Positions 48,591 through 61,731 of a stretch of 64,000 nt of DNA are shown here, piece by piece (within the stretch, counting starts at the first letter, position 1; each line of letters begins with the position of its first letter). Source of the DNA: Lingula anatina (lineage: Eukaryota > Animalia > Brachiopoda); contig CM120647.1 in the NCBI GenBank assembly GCA_051362555.1, positions 18,638,651 through 18,702,650 on the forward strand. The letters run 5' to 3'. The translations under genes were made by a program, and so were the position numbers. Below the pieces are notes generated by a model that did not search any database, was not told where the DNA came from, and saw only the letters and a list, made by a program, of their open reading frames with translations.

Positions 48591-49929
48591 CTTTGACATG
48601 ACCTTCCCCCCCCTTCCACCTATCCCACCTTTATTACTTGTTTAATGGTGTTTTTAATGTCTAATATGTGTTCGAAATTCCGTGCTCATTACATTTACAA
48701 CTTTTTTTTGTCTTTTAAGTGTCAAAGCACCAAAATAGCAAAGGGTTATTGCAGAACATTATATACATTTATTGCAATTTTCAATGTATAAATTGTCTTG
48801 ATTTGTCTTAAATCTCAGCCCATACTTTCCAAGAGCAAATTTCCATCGAGTTTGAGTTTTTTTTTTAATTTCAGCGAGTGTAAACCGAAAAATAAATCTA
48901 AGAACGGAGATCCCGCGTTTTGTGTAAAGTGATTTTTCTCTTAGGAAAAAGGTTTTGAAAAAGAGAGAGGAGAGAAAATAAGAATTTCGAAGCAAAACAC
49001 AAAAGGTACACCCCAGTAGAAAAGGACATGAAATAATATACACTGTACATATACCTCAAAGGATGAAAATAAGGGATGCCTTTGGATGGTGCCTTATTTT
49101 GTTAAAAAAAATATCGGGTAAACCAGGCTCATACATATTGTGCAATGAGGGAGGAGTACGCCAAAAATATGTGTTAACACGTCAAAATTTGCGATTACTA
49201 GATGAAAAATACACATGAAATAAATAAATTGTTTTTGTTTCTTCATTAATATGCATATAAACTGCCTATCGGAAAACATTGTAAAATAGATAAAATGTCA
49301 TATAAATAGAATAAAGCAAACGTTTATTATATCTTTAAAACTAGTATGTCTCTATATCTATTTATTCATGTCATTTCTTGTTGTAAACTACAGTATATAG
49401 GACATGCGTTACTAAAATGTTAGGAACGCACGTCCCATTAGGACGTGCATTACTACACGTAGGACTTACATTACTTGGGAGCCTTTGTCCTACGGACATT
49501 GAATCCTAGTAACGTATGTCCTAGGATTTCCATTCCTAGCAATGTATGCCCTAGGACTTGCATTCCCAGGACTTAGTGTCCGGGCGGACTTGCGTTAAGA
49601 GGACGTGCACTCCTGCCACACCGGGTTGAAATTCCAAAAAGGAGGAATGTTGAATTTGTTGATTATTCTGGTATTTTGTCTCTTTGACACACAGTACATT
49701 GAAATAATATGCAGATTGAGTAATGACATATTTTGGCTTTCTCCGTCCCGAATGTACCCCAAAAAATATAACACGGTCGCTAAACTTACTTATCCACCGA
49801 TTTTGTGAGCCTTACAATATGCCAGTTATGATTTGGTGGGAGTAACCATGCAATTTACCTCTTAAAAGGTACACATTATTATTTCTTTCCCAATACAGGG
49901 CAGGTTGAAGAAACTATCTCTCTTTCTGG

Positions 49930-49974
<45 letters not shown>

Positions 49975-49979
49975 TGGTT

Positions 49980-50147
49980 AATGCGTGCCTACGATATTTA
50001 GTACATATATGAATACAACACGTCCACTGTTGGCAAGGCCTTCCTATTTCATTTTTGTTTTAATTTGAACAACCATGATGAATACCCTACTCCCCAACTA
50101 ACTATTTACTTGTTAAACCTGGCAACTCCATTTGATTTTGAAGGTTC

Positions 50148-50192
<45 letters not shown>

Positions 50193-50405
50193 GGATTGGA
50201 GGTTTGATCGGGACGGAAAGAGGAAGGATACAAAAACTAAATTACATCCCCTCTCCCGCATATCCATAAACATAGATAACGAACCCAACACGTTACAATT
50301 TTCTTTATAATTACAGTGACAGTGGAAGGCGTCCATAAAAAGAGACTAAGGATCCAAACACGTTACAAGTTTTAAGATAATTACAGAGACTAAGGTGGAT
50401 AAGTT
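49980..50405 (+). repeat. Locally duplicated ~400-bp repeat containing (AAT)n, copy 1
   Basis: Aligns with ~51520-51875 (TGTTGGCAAGGCCTTC...ATACCCTACTCC...(AAT)n...AAAAACTAAAT...GATCCAAACACGT). An inverted partial copy lies at ~51374-51473. Confidence 0.8.
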
Positions 50406-51317
50406 TTCATGTCACTTAAAGGTATAATATATCATATCCGGGAATTTTTCGCTGAATCCAATTTTCTCTGAAGAATCAACATTGCTTGACTCAACCTTCA
50501 CTAGGACTCGGTGTTTTATACAATTTGAAATTAAATTAATTAATTGGAAAATTTCCTTCGTGTACATTTCAGAAGAAAATATCGCCACCGGGTAGTTTTA
50601 TTTGGAGGATAATATCATATTAAGGTCTAATTTAGGAAAGATAAGTAATTAAGTTGGCAGGTTATATTGACATCAACATGACTTTGGGGCATTTTCATAT
50701 GAGGTCCTGAATAAATGGTGACAATTTAAAGTGCACAAGGGGTAGGGGCCTATAATTTTCCTGTCAAGTTGCACAATGTAGTACAAGAAGACTCCCTTTA
50801 TTTCCATAGAGTTATTTTGATTTTTTTAATTTATTTTTCTTTCTTTTCATTTCGTGGATGACAAAACAGAAATGACTGAACCCTTCTAAAGGCATACAGT
50901 ACGCGTTGAGAATACATTTGGCAATAGTCCGTGCATCTGTCTGTCTGTCTACCTGCCTGTCTGTCTGTCCACCTGTCCACCTGTCTGTCTGTCTGTCTAC
51001 CTGTTTGTCCGTCTGTCTGTCTGTCTGTCTGTCTGTCTATTCAGCGTAGCCAGGATTTATTCAATCCAAAATCGTTTCTAGAATTAGAATCTATAAACCC
51101 GTTCTTTTGGCCACTATCTTAATGGAGATGGAAGGAAAAGTGATTTTTGATTAAGAAAAGGAATTTAGAACTTGAAAAAGGAGACATATATAAGTATCTT
51201 CTCCACGGATATACCTTGGGTCTACCTTCACGACAAAGGTAACATTGCTGAATTTTCTTGGATTTTTTAAAATATGTTTTGGTACATGAAGTACTTATGC
51301 ACAGGCCTATTATATGC

Positions 51318-51373
<56 letters not shown>

Positions 51374-51682
51374 TGACACTGTAATTATCCTAAAAATTGT
51401 AACGTGTTTATAGATTTTCTGTTTATGGATATTCGGGAGAGGGGGTGTAATTTAGTTTTTGTATCCTTCCTCTTTATATATATTGACCTGAATCAATTTG
51501 CCTGCGTGGTGCATGTGCCGTTCGTGCGCGGTATATAGTAGTATGGATACAACACGCACATTGTTGGCAAGGCCTTCTTATTTCATTTTGATTTTAATTT
51601 AAACAACCTTGATGGATACCCTACTCCTGTCCCTACCAACTATTTGCTTGCTAAACCTGATAACTTCATTTCATTGTGAATT

Positions 51683-51737
<55 letters not shown>

Positions 51738-51875
51738 GAAGTTTTGGTTGGGACAGAATGAAGAAAGAAATAAAAACTAAATCACGCCATTTCTCCTAAG
51801 TGCCTATGAAAATAGTCTAGAGATCCAAACACGTAAAGCTTTTCAGGATAATAACAGCGAAAAAAGGTGGATAAT
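51374..51875. repeat. Inverted partial copy plus direct copy 2 of the 49980-50405 repeat
   Basis: TGTAATTTAGTTTTTGTATCCTTCCTCTT (51446-51474) is the reverse complement of ~50218-50246. The direct copy follows. Confidence 0.78.
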
Positions 51876-53841
51876 TAATCACTGTATTTCATTGTGAAAT
51901 TTTGTTAATAGAACTCGTAATATCAAAACGCCAAAAAAGTATAAAATGGCACCCGCTGTGTTTTGTTAACTTCTTCATATTGTAAAGAGCCCCATATTTT
52001 CAAGGTCAATGTCTCCTGTACTCTTAAATCAATTGTCTAGGTCAGTGCAAGCAAGGCCCCATGGAAGCTAACTCCTTTTATTCATCCAAGGATTTAGTTA
52101 CTAAGTACATTAGACTGTGTCTCAGGCAAGCGCTGACACTTCATTTGTCAAATCTGTTTCGATAACGTAAGCGTAGAATCAGATGAAAAACACGAAGAAA
52201 ATTAAGTTGCACGTTTAATTGGAAGTTTATCACACTTCCTAAAAATTACGAAATTCCCAAATGGTTTTAGCTATCCTTTCCGCCATTTTCGCGCCACCAC
52301 TAATTCTTCGCTCCAGAAAAGAAAATAACTGAGAAGTTTTGTATAGTGCATCATGCACATTTATGGTATTTTTATGTCTCGCGTGAAGTCCCGAAATTCA
52401 GTACCAGGTTCCAAGGCATAGCAGTGGATACGCCTTGAATATACTTTTTAGAGGGCTTTTATCGTTTTTAAATTTCGAAATTTAGAAGGGCAAAAAGCTT
52501 TGGAGGATAAAAACATGACTTTCGGACATGTGTAAGTGGCATATCCTAGACGCATCTCTCGGCCAACATGCCAATTTCGTTATAATGATTGCTGGAAAAG
52601 TTGTAACGAGAACGCCATTAAAATTTGAATGGAATATTTGATCTATCCAATATGTCACCTTTTTATACCTGAGCATCATTTTTAGAAACATATTTAACTA
52701 GGAATAGTTTGCTTAAGTTAAGTAGATCAGAAACATGAACAAAAGAACTTGAATTATTAGTTTACTTATATAAAATACAAATCGTGCGATTGTTCTGTAG
52801 AAGTCAAGTCGTAAATTATTTATCTGTAAGGTTAGTTCTCAAATACTTAATAGCATCTTTTTTTACAGGAGAAAAAAAAACATTTACCCGTTTTATCAAT
52901 TGTTTAACTGTAATTTAATCACAAAACAGGGTTGAACCATGCAGTCGACTTACTTCAGTGCATTGAAAGCTCTTCCGGTCCAATCTCCATCGCCGCAGAC
53001 TTAGGTATTTAAAATATGATAAATAAATAATAACCTGGCGATCGGAAGGCCGGTGAGGGGTTTTATTGTACATGTCTGTTGACCTTCGGCGGCGCAAGCC
53101 TGTTCATTTATTCACTTCAGAGCATTTATTCAATCGCCCTTCGGGATTGAAGACAGAAGCATACATGTAGTTCTGTAGTCAACAGACGCGTCAATCAGGC
53201 GACATTGAAAGTGACAGGATTTTACAAAATATATAAAATACAAAATTGTGCATGATGTTTTCCCCAAAATATAAGGCTAAAAGTGACACATATAGCTGAA
53301 TGCTGCAATGAACGAGGGTGACGTAAATGGCGGTCGATTTTAGAGCGTGCGTCACTGCGGTATTCCAATAATAATAATTTTCATAAAAATTTAATTTCTT
53401 TGCCAATAAAGAAGTTGGACTATACAATAACTTATACAAAATAAAAACGTCTGTTAAATGCTTTAAATGAATTTAGCTGGAAATTAATCGAAGTGACAAA
53501 ACGAGTTCAGATTGAATTGGGTAAATTGAGGATATTTTTAATACATTGAGATTCATATTTTTAAGAAATACACTAAAAGTAACACAGTAAAACAAAGTAC
53601 TAGGTGCCCAAGCTATACATGTCCTTATGCACATGTAGAACCGACAATTCTTAATTTCGGGACACTTTCATTTAGAGTCCGGCGTTGGACACCTTAATTT
53701 AATTCTGGAAGTTGACGATTAATTTTGCAGAAATGTGGCTTCGGCGGGTTTCAAGCGACATGGACGAAGACCGTGGCAGTTTTGCCTCGGAGAGACGATT
53801 TAGGTGAGTAGACTTTGTTTTAGGTTGATTTGATAGCAGTG

Positions 53842-53888
<47 letters not shown>

Positions 53889-55193
53889 CGTCAACCCCAT
53901 ATTTGTCGACTTAATTAATTGCCTTTATTATCCTGTTTTTCATCTAGGTAGACTTGTGCGGTGTTCGAAAGTCGTTTCATGTTATTTATATTTTTTAATC
54001 GATTAAGGTGACAGCCGCGCCTGAGATTGAGCAAAATTTTGAGTGTTGATTGTGAAATTGATAGAATCAAGTTTTTTTTTTTTTTTTTTGGATTTTACAA
54101 CAAAGGAGCGTAACTGTCATTTACTCTAAAGGACCCACTACCACATACAATATTGTTTGAACGGTAACGCACGGTGCGTGATGGCGCCTGGTTCTGGTCA
54201 ACATGACCTATAAATAGTACATATATGCACCAAACATGTTGTTAAAAATCAAAAAGAAATTCGAGGGTACTTACTGGAGCGTCTGGGTCACAGAATAATA
54301 CGTTTCTCCAGGGTCTCGCGACTGAAGGAAAAACAAGCATTTACCTGTCCCCGTGTGCACTGACCTAATTATGATAAAACAACACCTAGGCCCCGTCTGA
54401 TAGGAAAATTACTTTTTTCTAAGTCGAAAGTTGGTCTCGGCTTGAATTTAAATTTAAACATGGGCATTTAGATATGATTTTGACTTTACTTTCTAGTTTG
54501 GAACAAACAAAAAAAAAAAAAAAAAGAAAAAAAAAGATAGAAAAAAATTTTAAAAAAAGAAAAAAATTAAAAAATAAAGGACTACCTCAGAAGCCTAGAC
54601 AAAGAAGAGGAGCTGTCTTTGCCCCCTGTGTACATCGGTACCCTCGGTGAAATGTCAAAAAAAAAAAAAAAAACAAAAAAAAAAAAAAAAAAAAAAAAAC
54701 GCTACATGGTAATCGCAAGTTGTTTTTCACTTTGAGGCCGAGCTCGTACGGGCCTTCTTGACTTGAAAGATCCAGAAAGATCAAGTTGCAGACCAAATCC
54801 TCCAGGGATTTTTCACAAAACGTTCTAAAAACTTATGCAAATATAAAAATGATTAGATTACCTTTCCAGACATGTCGAAATCCTCGATTAAATATCCTTT
54901 CTTTTTACTGGTCGGCAAACTTGTCGTCGCGTTGCCTTAGCGGTTGGGAGAGTCACGTTTCGAAATCGAGCGCAGCGCGGTTTGTTTGCTTTAACGACCT
55001 TAAGCGCTCCTGTTGGCGCGACGATCACGTGTATTACCTTAAAAGTTCACATGTGCATCTACTGATTATTTCGAGCTCGGCCCAATATATTTCGGGTAGA
55101 GGTGGCCCTACTTGAACTTCCTGAACTCATTTGCATATAAATGAGGAAGAAAATAATGCCAGTTCACAATCATTTCCGTATCTCGAATGTTAA

Positions 55194-55414
55194 GCTCCCT
55201 TTACACTGGACGGCGTCCCTTCTGCGTCCTTTCTGCGACCATGAAATTTGGCATCGCTGTGGTCTTAATAAGGAGGCATGAGCATTGATTTTGTATCAGA
55301 ATGAATGCTCAATGATCTGCCAGTTGTCGGCACGTAAAGTATTATACTTCTTTAACTCTCAAATGGGGCCGTACTGCTGGACGCAGAAAGGACGCCGTCC
55401 AATGTAAAGGGGGT
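55194..55414. mobile_element. MITE flanked by TTAA on both sides
   Basis: TIRs CCCTTTACACTGGACGGCGTCCCTTCTGCGTCC / GGACGCAGAAAGGACGCCGTCCAATGTAAAGGG. TTAA at 55190-55193 and 55415-55418. Confidence 0.82.
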
Positions 55415-56227
55415 TTAAGTGATTTGGTTTTAAAACACCACTGTTAAGGTCTACTGAAGGCATGTGATAAACTCACTCGTTTATACACATCATGTATATA
55501 TAATCAGTCAGCATATTATCATCCACCTTGCTTCGGTCTTGAATGAATATTTGTCATCCTCTGTAAAGGTATACCTGACAAGTAGAACTGATATAACTGA
55601 TAAGAAGAAACTGTCACTTGTTATCTATTGCATTGCAATTAGTATTTAAATGAGTTGCTACCACTGTGGCATGCAGATAGATTCCCTGTAGATAATGGGT
55701 ATAAATGCTGAATGCTTGGACCTAATAAAGGAACTAATGAGTTGGAACTGAACATGTGAGTTCGTTGTTTTATTCCCTCTCCCATGCATCAGTGACAAGT
55801 AAAATGTTAGAAGAACCTGGGTAGGGAGGAACATGGACCCCTACACCAATGCTCTCATTCCTCCCCACCCTGAAGTCTAGCTAGGAATACTAATTCTTCA
55901 GAGTCACCACAAGAAGAGGCTCAAAGATTACAATGACCACCTTAAATTAAAGTCATTTTTGAGGTGGTGGGTCTATAAATAATGTAATCAAGTTATCAAC
56001 CACACATGAAAGCAGATTTTTATTGACAATGCAGTCTGCCGTTTAGGTGTAGTTTTGTACTGTGTAAACAAACATGCTGATAAAAAATTCCTTACGCGCA
56101 CTTTTATCTGCATGTATAAAAAGATGTAAATTTAGAACAGTTTTCAATATATTTGTTTCGGCTCTCAATCTGCTCGGCAAGCCGTGACTAGACTGCAGTC
56201 GCGGATGACTGCGTTCAGACTAGACTA

Positions 56228-56416
56228 AGGGCCGTTCAGAGTGAGTTAAGGCGTCAAGGATATTACAAATACGTCTAAAACTCGATTTTTGTTTTTTGTT
56301 TTTTTATATGTTAGAATGCTCCTATTGTTTCATTGGTAGCAAGCCCTTAGTGTGCAGTAGTTATTCGGGCTATTGCGACCTAACTCATTCTGAAGTTCTG
56401 AACTATGAACAGCCCC
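56228..56416. mobile_element. Degenerate MITE-like element
   Basis: GGGCCGTTCAGAGTGAGTTA is inverted relative to TAACTCATTCTGAA...TGAACAGCCCC. Confidence 0.5.
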
Positions 56417-58090
56417 GTTATGTCATTGTTTTTTCACAAAGATATCGGTTTTAAACACTGGTGTAATATATTTGAGGAGATGCTGGTACCCAATAAAAAA
56501 AAAGATTTATGATTGTTACAGACTGTTGTTACAAAAGGTCCAAATTATACATAAGTGCGTCCTTTTATTCTTCTTACAATTGTTGCACCATCTTTATAAC
56601 CTAGTTAGCTTATGTAAAACCAAGGAGTTATAACTCCTTGCTTAAAGTGAGTTAGGTAACGTCTGGTAGTTTTGAGATGGCTTTTGAAATAATACAAGAG
56701 CCACAACACATAGTCTATATTAGAGCATAAAACTGTTGGTACATGCATGTATATCAAATGTGATTTCTGACCACAGGGGTCGCTTGTAGTCTTTTACAAA
56801 ATTGTTGAATTTTCTTCAATTTTGTAGCAGGCTATACTAGAAGCGTTTGAGATATTAAAGGGTACGCCAAACGTTCGTCTCTAGGTTTGTAATGAGAGCA
56901 CGTAAATTGACTGATACGTTTAATAATGCGTACAGGGATCTTTGCGTGATTGTCGCACAGCAGGTGTTATTAATCTTTTGGCAATGGCAGTTTATATATA
57001 AGTATAATGATTAGATAGAAAAGATGCAATTTCTACAGGAGACTAGGTCAGATGAATATCACACTCAATCCCCGTCTAAAACAGTTTAAATAACTAAAAG
57101 TATATTCAAAGGCATTTTAGACCTAATGCAGAAAGAAGACGCGTTGCGTGCGTTACAAGTGAGGAATATCGTGAGTGTGCGTGCACGTACGTGTGTGCGT
57201 TTGTGCGTTATCCAGTTGTCAGTAGGCCTACACAGTCAGCCGAGCAGTACGCACGTGCACGATGACGCGAGTTCAGAAAGGTCACATGCAGAACCTGTCA
57301 AGGCCACATGCACTAGCACTGCCTCTCAAAAGCTTATAACAATCTTATAAAAATGGCCTTTGTTGAAGCCGACTATACGAGTCCACAACTTTTCTGCCTT
57401 TCACCAGTGAGTTGTATTTCAGGTCATTTGCTTTCACTTTGTTAGTGGCTAGCTATTACCTCAATGGAAAATTCCTCACTGTATTGACTGCGACTATTGA
57501 GTCGTGAGCCCCCAATCCAGTCCCTCGTTCTTTTTATTTGTCCTTCATGTGGATACATCACTATATGCGGTTTCTATTTTTTCTCACATATTTTTGCCAT
57601 ATATTTAAATAGGTCAGTGAACGCGACCAAGCTGAGAGCGATGTTTACTTTTTAGAGCCTTTTTGTAAGTTCACATTTCTATAGACCAGCAAGATAAAAC
57701 ACGATAAACTAAAATAAATGGTCTTAAATTTTGTTTTCAAGATATTTATATATGCCGTGGTGACATTTTAGTTACTTTTGGGCAAAACAAGGTCACGAAT
57801 GTCATTTACGAGTATTTACATAGTAGAAATTGATGCCTTGTTTTAGGCCAGACAAAATTGAATATTTGGGCGGCGGCTGTCTGTGACGAGGATTAGTAAA
57901 CAAAAATAATTCTTTTAAAACGTATGATGGTGAACGGGTGTAACAGCTACATATCAGCACCTGACTTGGGATATTACCCTGTTCTGAAGGGGAGAAATGG
58001 CAGTTCCACAGTGTTGGCTATTTTTGAGCATAGAAAATAAAAACAAAAACATCAATTTTTTTCTAGGAATCATTTATAAATTTTTCCAAT

Positions 58091-58132
<42 letters not shown>

Positions 58133-59157
58133 AAATCTGATTTATACAAGAACTGGACCCGTCGCTCTCAACAACATTTTTTTTCAATATTGCCGACTTC
58201 TCATGAGACATCATCTCAGTGTATATAAATTTAACCGCTGTCAATAGCTTTGTGGCCACGTTGTTTTCATTGAGCGTTCCGTGTTTACGTTGTGGACACG
58301 CGCAATATTTTATGCACACGTTGTGCTGACTTATTATAAATTCATAAATTACCAGTATAAATGATAGGGCTCAAATTAAATCAACTCGCGAGAATCCTGG
58401 TGGGATCTACGCTATAAACGGAGAACTACAACAATGCTGCGTTCACACAACGCTCAGTTATCCGGATAAGTTGCGAAACGCGCATCTATTTCATATTTAA
58501 ACCCACCTTTATACAGGATTCAGTTTCAAATTAGTTTATTCTCTTTAGTCAGTTAGACTACAGAGTTTGAATAATGTACACATGATACACATAATAAAAA
58601 TATATATTTAAATAGTAAGTTGCATATTAAACCAGGAGGGAAGCTGACACTTTTAGTTAAATGAATAATGAAATTACACAAATTATTAAAAACACGAACA
58701 TATTTTGAAGAGAATAAATCGTAAAATTTCGAAATGTTTGGTTTGTTCCAAACCTTTCGCGGAATCAGTTGTGATCTTTCATTTTCAAAGAATTTACAGA
58801 TAGGAATGTAGTTATACTCGTCACCTATGTAATTTTGACAAAGGTGACATTTTTTAAAGATGTATTGGAGTTCGAAACCATCTTGCCGTTTCTATGGGCA
58901 GCCTACATGTGTAGATGCTTGACGACGTGAAAGATCAGGATCAGATAAAGTCATCAGTATTCAAACATACATTTCAAATCATTATTCTAATTACATAAAG
59001 GTCAAAATTGAGTCTCCAGTACAGCATACTGGTGATATTTGCCCCATATACAACCCCTAACCCCTACTAATCCTATGGGAGCCGAGATACATTTGTCCAG
59101 GGAGATAAACGTGGTGACCATGGCCCACAAACTTCTGATATATAATTTGTATTTTTA

Positions 59158-59227
<70 letters not shown>

Positions 59228-60080
59228 TTTTATTACGCAATGAGAGTCACCTAACCGGAAATCCAGCGCTGGACACGACCAATTACCAGCAGGAAGTGAA
59301 CTTATGGAGAGATAATGAAAGGGGTAAAACCCCACTGTGGTGCAAATAATATACAGCGAGTACACCCATCATACCGCTTAATGTGAAAGATTAAAGGACT
59401 AAAACTAAGAATTTATCCTGAGGAAATAGTCCGCAAAAATCAAGGTGGTATAATAGAGTAAATATTTTGGATCCAGACATAACTATTTTTTTTACAAAAT
59501 AGGCGCAATAATACTACTGGTGAAAGAAAGATAAAAATTTAATGATACGAAGTCATTTTAACGGTGTGGCCATGGTTTAAGAATACATTACATTAGAGTA
59601 GAATATTATCTTAGTAGTTATATATTTCTTTCGACATGTAACAATTGTCAAACCAAACGCGGCTTTTTTTCATTTCACAAGACAAAACACATTTTTTTCT
59701 CGGGAAATAGTACGGGTAGGCCAGCCTTTCGAATGGTATAACTCTAGTAAAAAAAAAGAGAAAACGAATGATACTGTACTTCCGCATTCCACGCATTCCA
59801 CGCATTCCGTTGCTCACCCGGAAGTAGGATATACAATGTACATTGTACACCAGAACCAACACGGAGACAGAATTAAGATAACAAGTAAGACTTAAATAAA
59901 TGTGCTTTTAAAACTATCAACATGATTTATTTGTGATATATGCCTTTACCAAAAAATAAAAGTACATGTAGGATTATCTCAGAATAACGGTCCCGGGTCT
60001 GTATAGAGCTTATCTTGGTCTATTTGTCTTATATAGACAAACGGACTTTATAAGTGCATATTTTTGTTGGTCTCTCTCCA

Positions 60081-60113
<33 letters not shown>

Positions 60114-60236
60114 TTAAACCGGAATTGTAATCATTTGACGTCTGTTCCACTGTTTTCCCACTATTTGGGGGAGGGGCGGGATTATTACATTACATTACAT
60201 TACATTACATTACATTACATTATAGAGATACACGCG

Positions 60237-60286
<50 letters not shown>

Positions 60287-61459
60287 ACCGGAATGGTAAT
60301 CGTTTTTCTTTTTACCTCTCTAATCACCACGCTCGCCAGACTTCTCCCGCGTCTCTACTTTGGGGCTTAGGCCTATAGTAACATCCGGGCCTCTGCACTT
60401 CATTCAAGAGTAGCTTGCGCGACTAACGAGATGATGCAGGAAAAAACTCAGATTCGGTATCTGGATGATAATAAAGGGTTACAATGCCCTTAACAATGAA
60501 TCACACCCAATAAGGACTGTGCCTGGGACATGCACAGGACCTGCTTGTGTACCATTTTCTTTACAAAGCAAAACATTTTTCACATTTTTAACCTGCATTG
60601 CCAGACGAATTATTGTTACTGCCGCGTCGTTCTTTTGTTCACTTTTCTTTGGTAATCGCAGGTGGCTCGGTTGCACACCTCAGTTCTGTTGACGGTCGAG
60701 GTCAGTTACCTAAGGGATATGAAACTGAGGTCAGGGGCGCTTGTTGCGGCCCTTTAATTGGGCATTTCTATGCACATTTCTATGCACATTTCTGTGCTGT
60801 GAATTTCTTATTTTTCTTATATAGCCTATTTTACTGTCAGTATGTTAAATTCGTAGTTTGAGTTATAATAAAAGTGCAAATGATAAAAGTATGCAATTTA
60901 CCTAGGCCTACATGTGTATGATTCTGCTGTGTTATAAAACCGAAAGTTGACAGCAAACTAGCCTCAGAGACTCCTCTCAATCCATGCACACGTAAATTTA
61001 TAAATTCATTGGTCACATATCTAAAGGATTTATGAGAGATCAGAGTATCAATGAGCTGTAAGCTTCCCAGAGACAAAGCTGTAATCATATTAAGATGTAA
61101 GCATTTTTTTTTGTATAGAATTGACGTCATCAGGCAGCTGACCTCTAGTGGAACATACGTAAAGAATAGGAGATCGTCTGCCCCTTACACACGCCCCACC
61201 AAACACGACATGTTGCTGTCACGTGGCTTTGCAACATGTGACAACGTTATAACGTGCAGCGTGGAACTCTAGTGACCACGTGGACCTATTTAGGGGAATG
61301 TTTTTATCAGTGGTGCAGATCATTTGGTCATAGATTTTATTTCTCTTTATTGTAATGTACTCAATGCAAACAGAAAACATACACATACAAACATATGTAA
61401 AAGATGATATGCGAGAAACTTACGCAAAACAGGATTTCAAATCTCTATACAAAAGTTAT

Positions 61460-61731
61460 TGACTTTAGGCTTCGTTCACATGCAATGTCTATTTTCTAAA
61501 AATCTATTTTCTATTCGCGGTATATCTTGTGATCACAGTCTGTGCCCTGAATACCCCGCGGCGTAATTACTGGCAGCGCGAGCCAGTTACCTCCAAAGCT
61601 GTAATTAATTCTCGGCGCTGCCAGTAATTACGCCGCGGGGTATTCAGGGCACAGACCGTGATTACAAGATACCGCAAATAGAAAATAGATTTTTAGAAAA
61701 TAGACATTGCATGTGAACGAAGCCTAAGTCA
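61460..61731. mobile_element. Foldback/palindromic MITE with ~120-bp inverted arms and ~28-bp spacer
   Basis: AGGCTTCGTTCACATGCAATGTCTATTTTCTAAAAATCTATTTTC...CCCCGCGGCGTAATTACTGGCAGCG is mirrored almost perfectly by 61611-61725. TA flanks the GGC...GCC ends. Confidence 0.88.
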
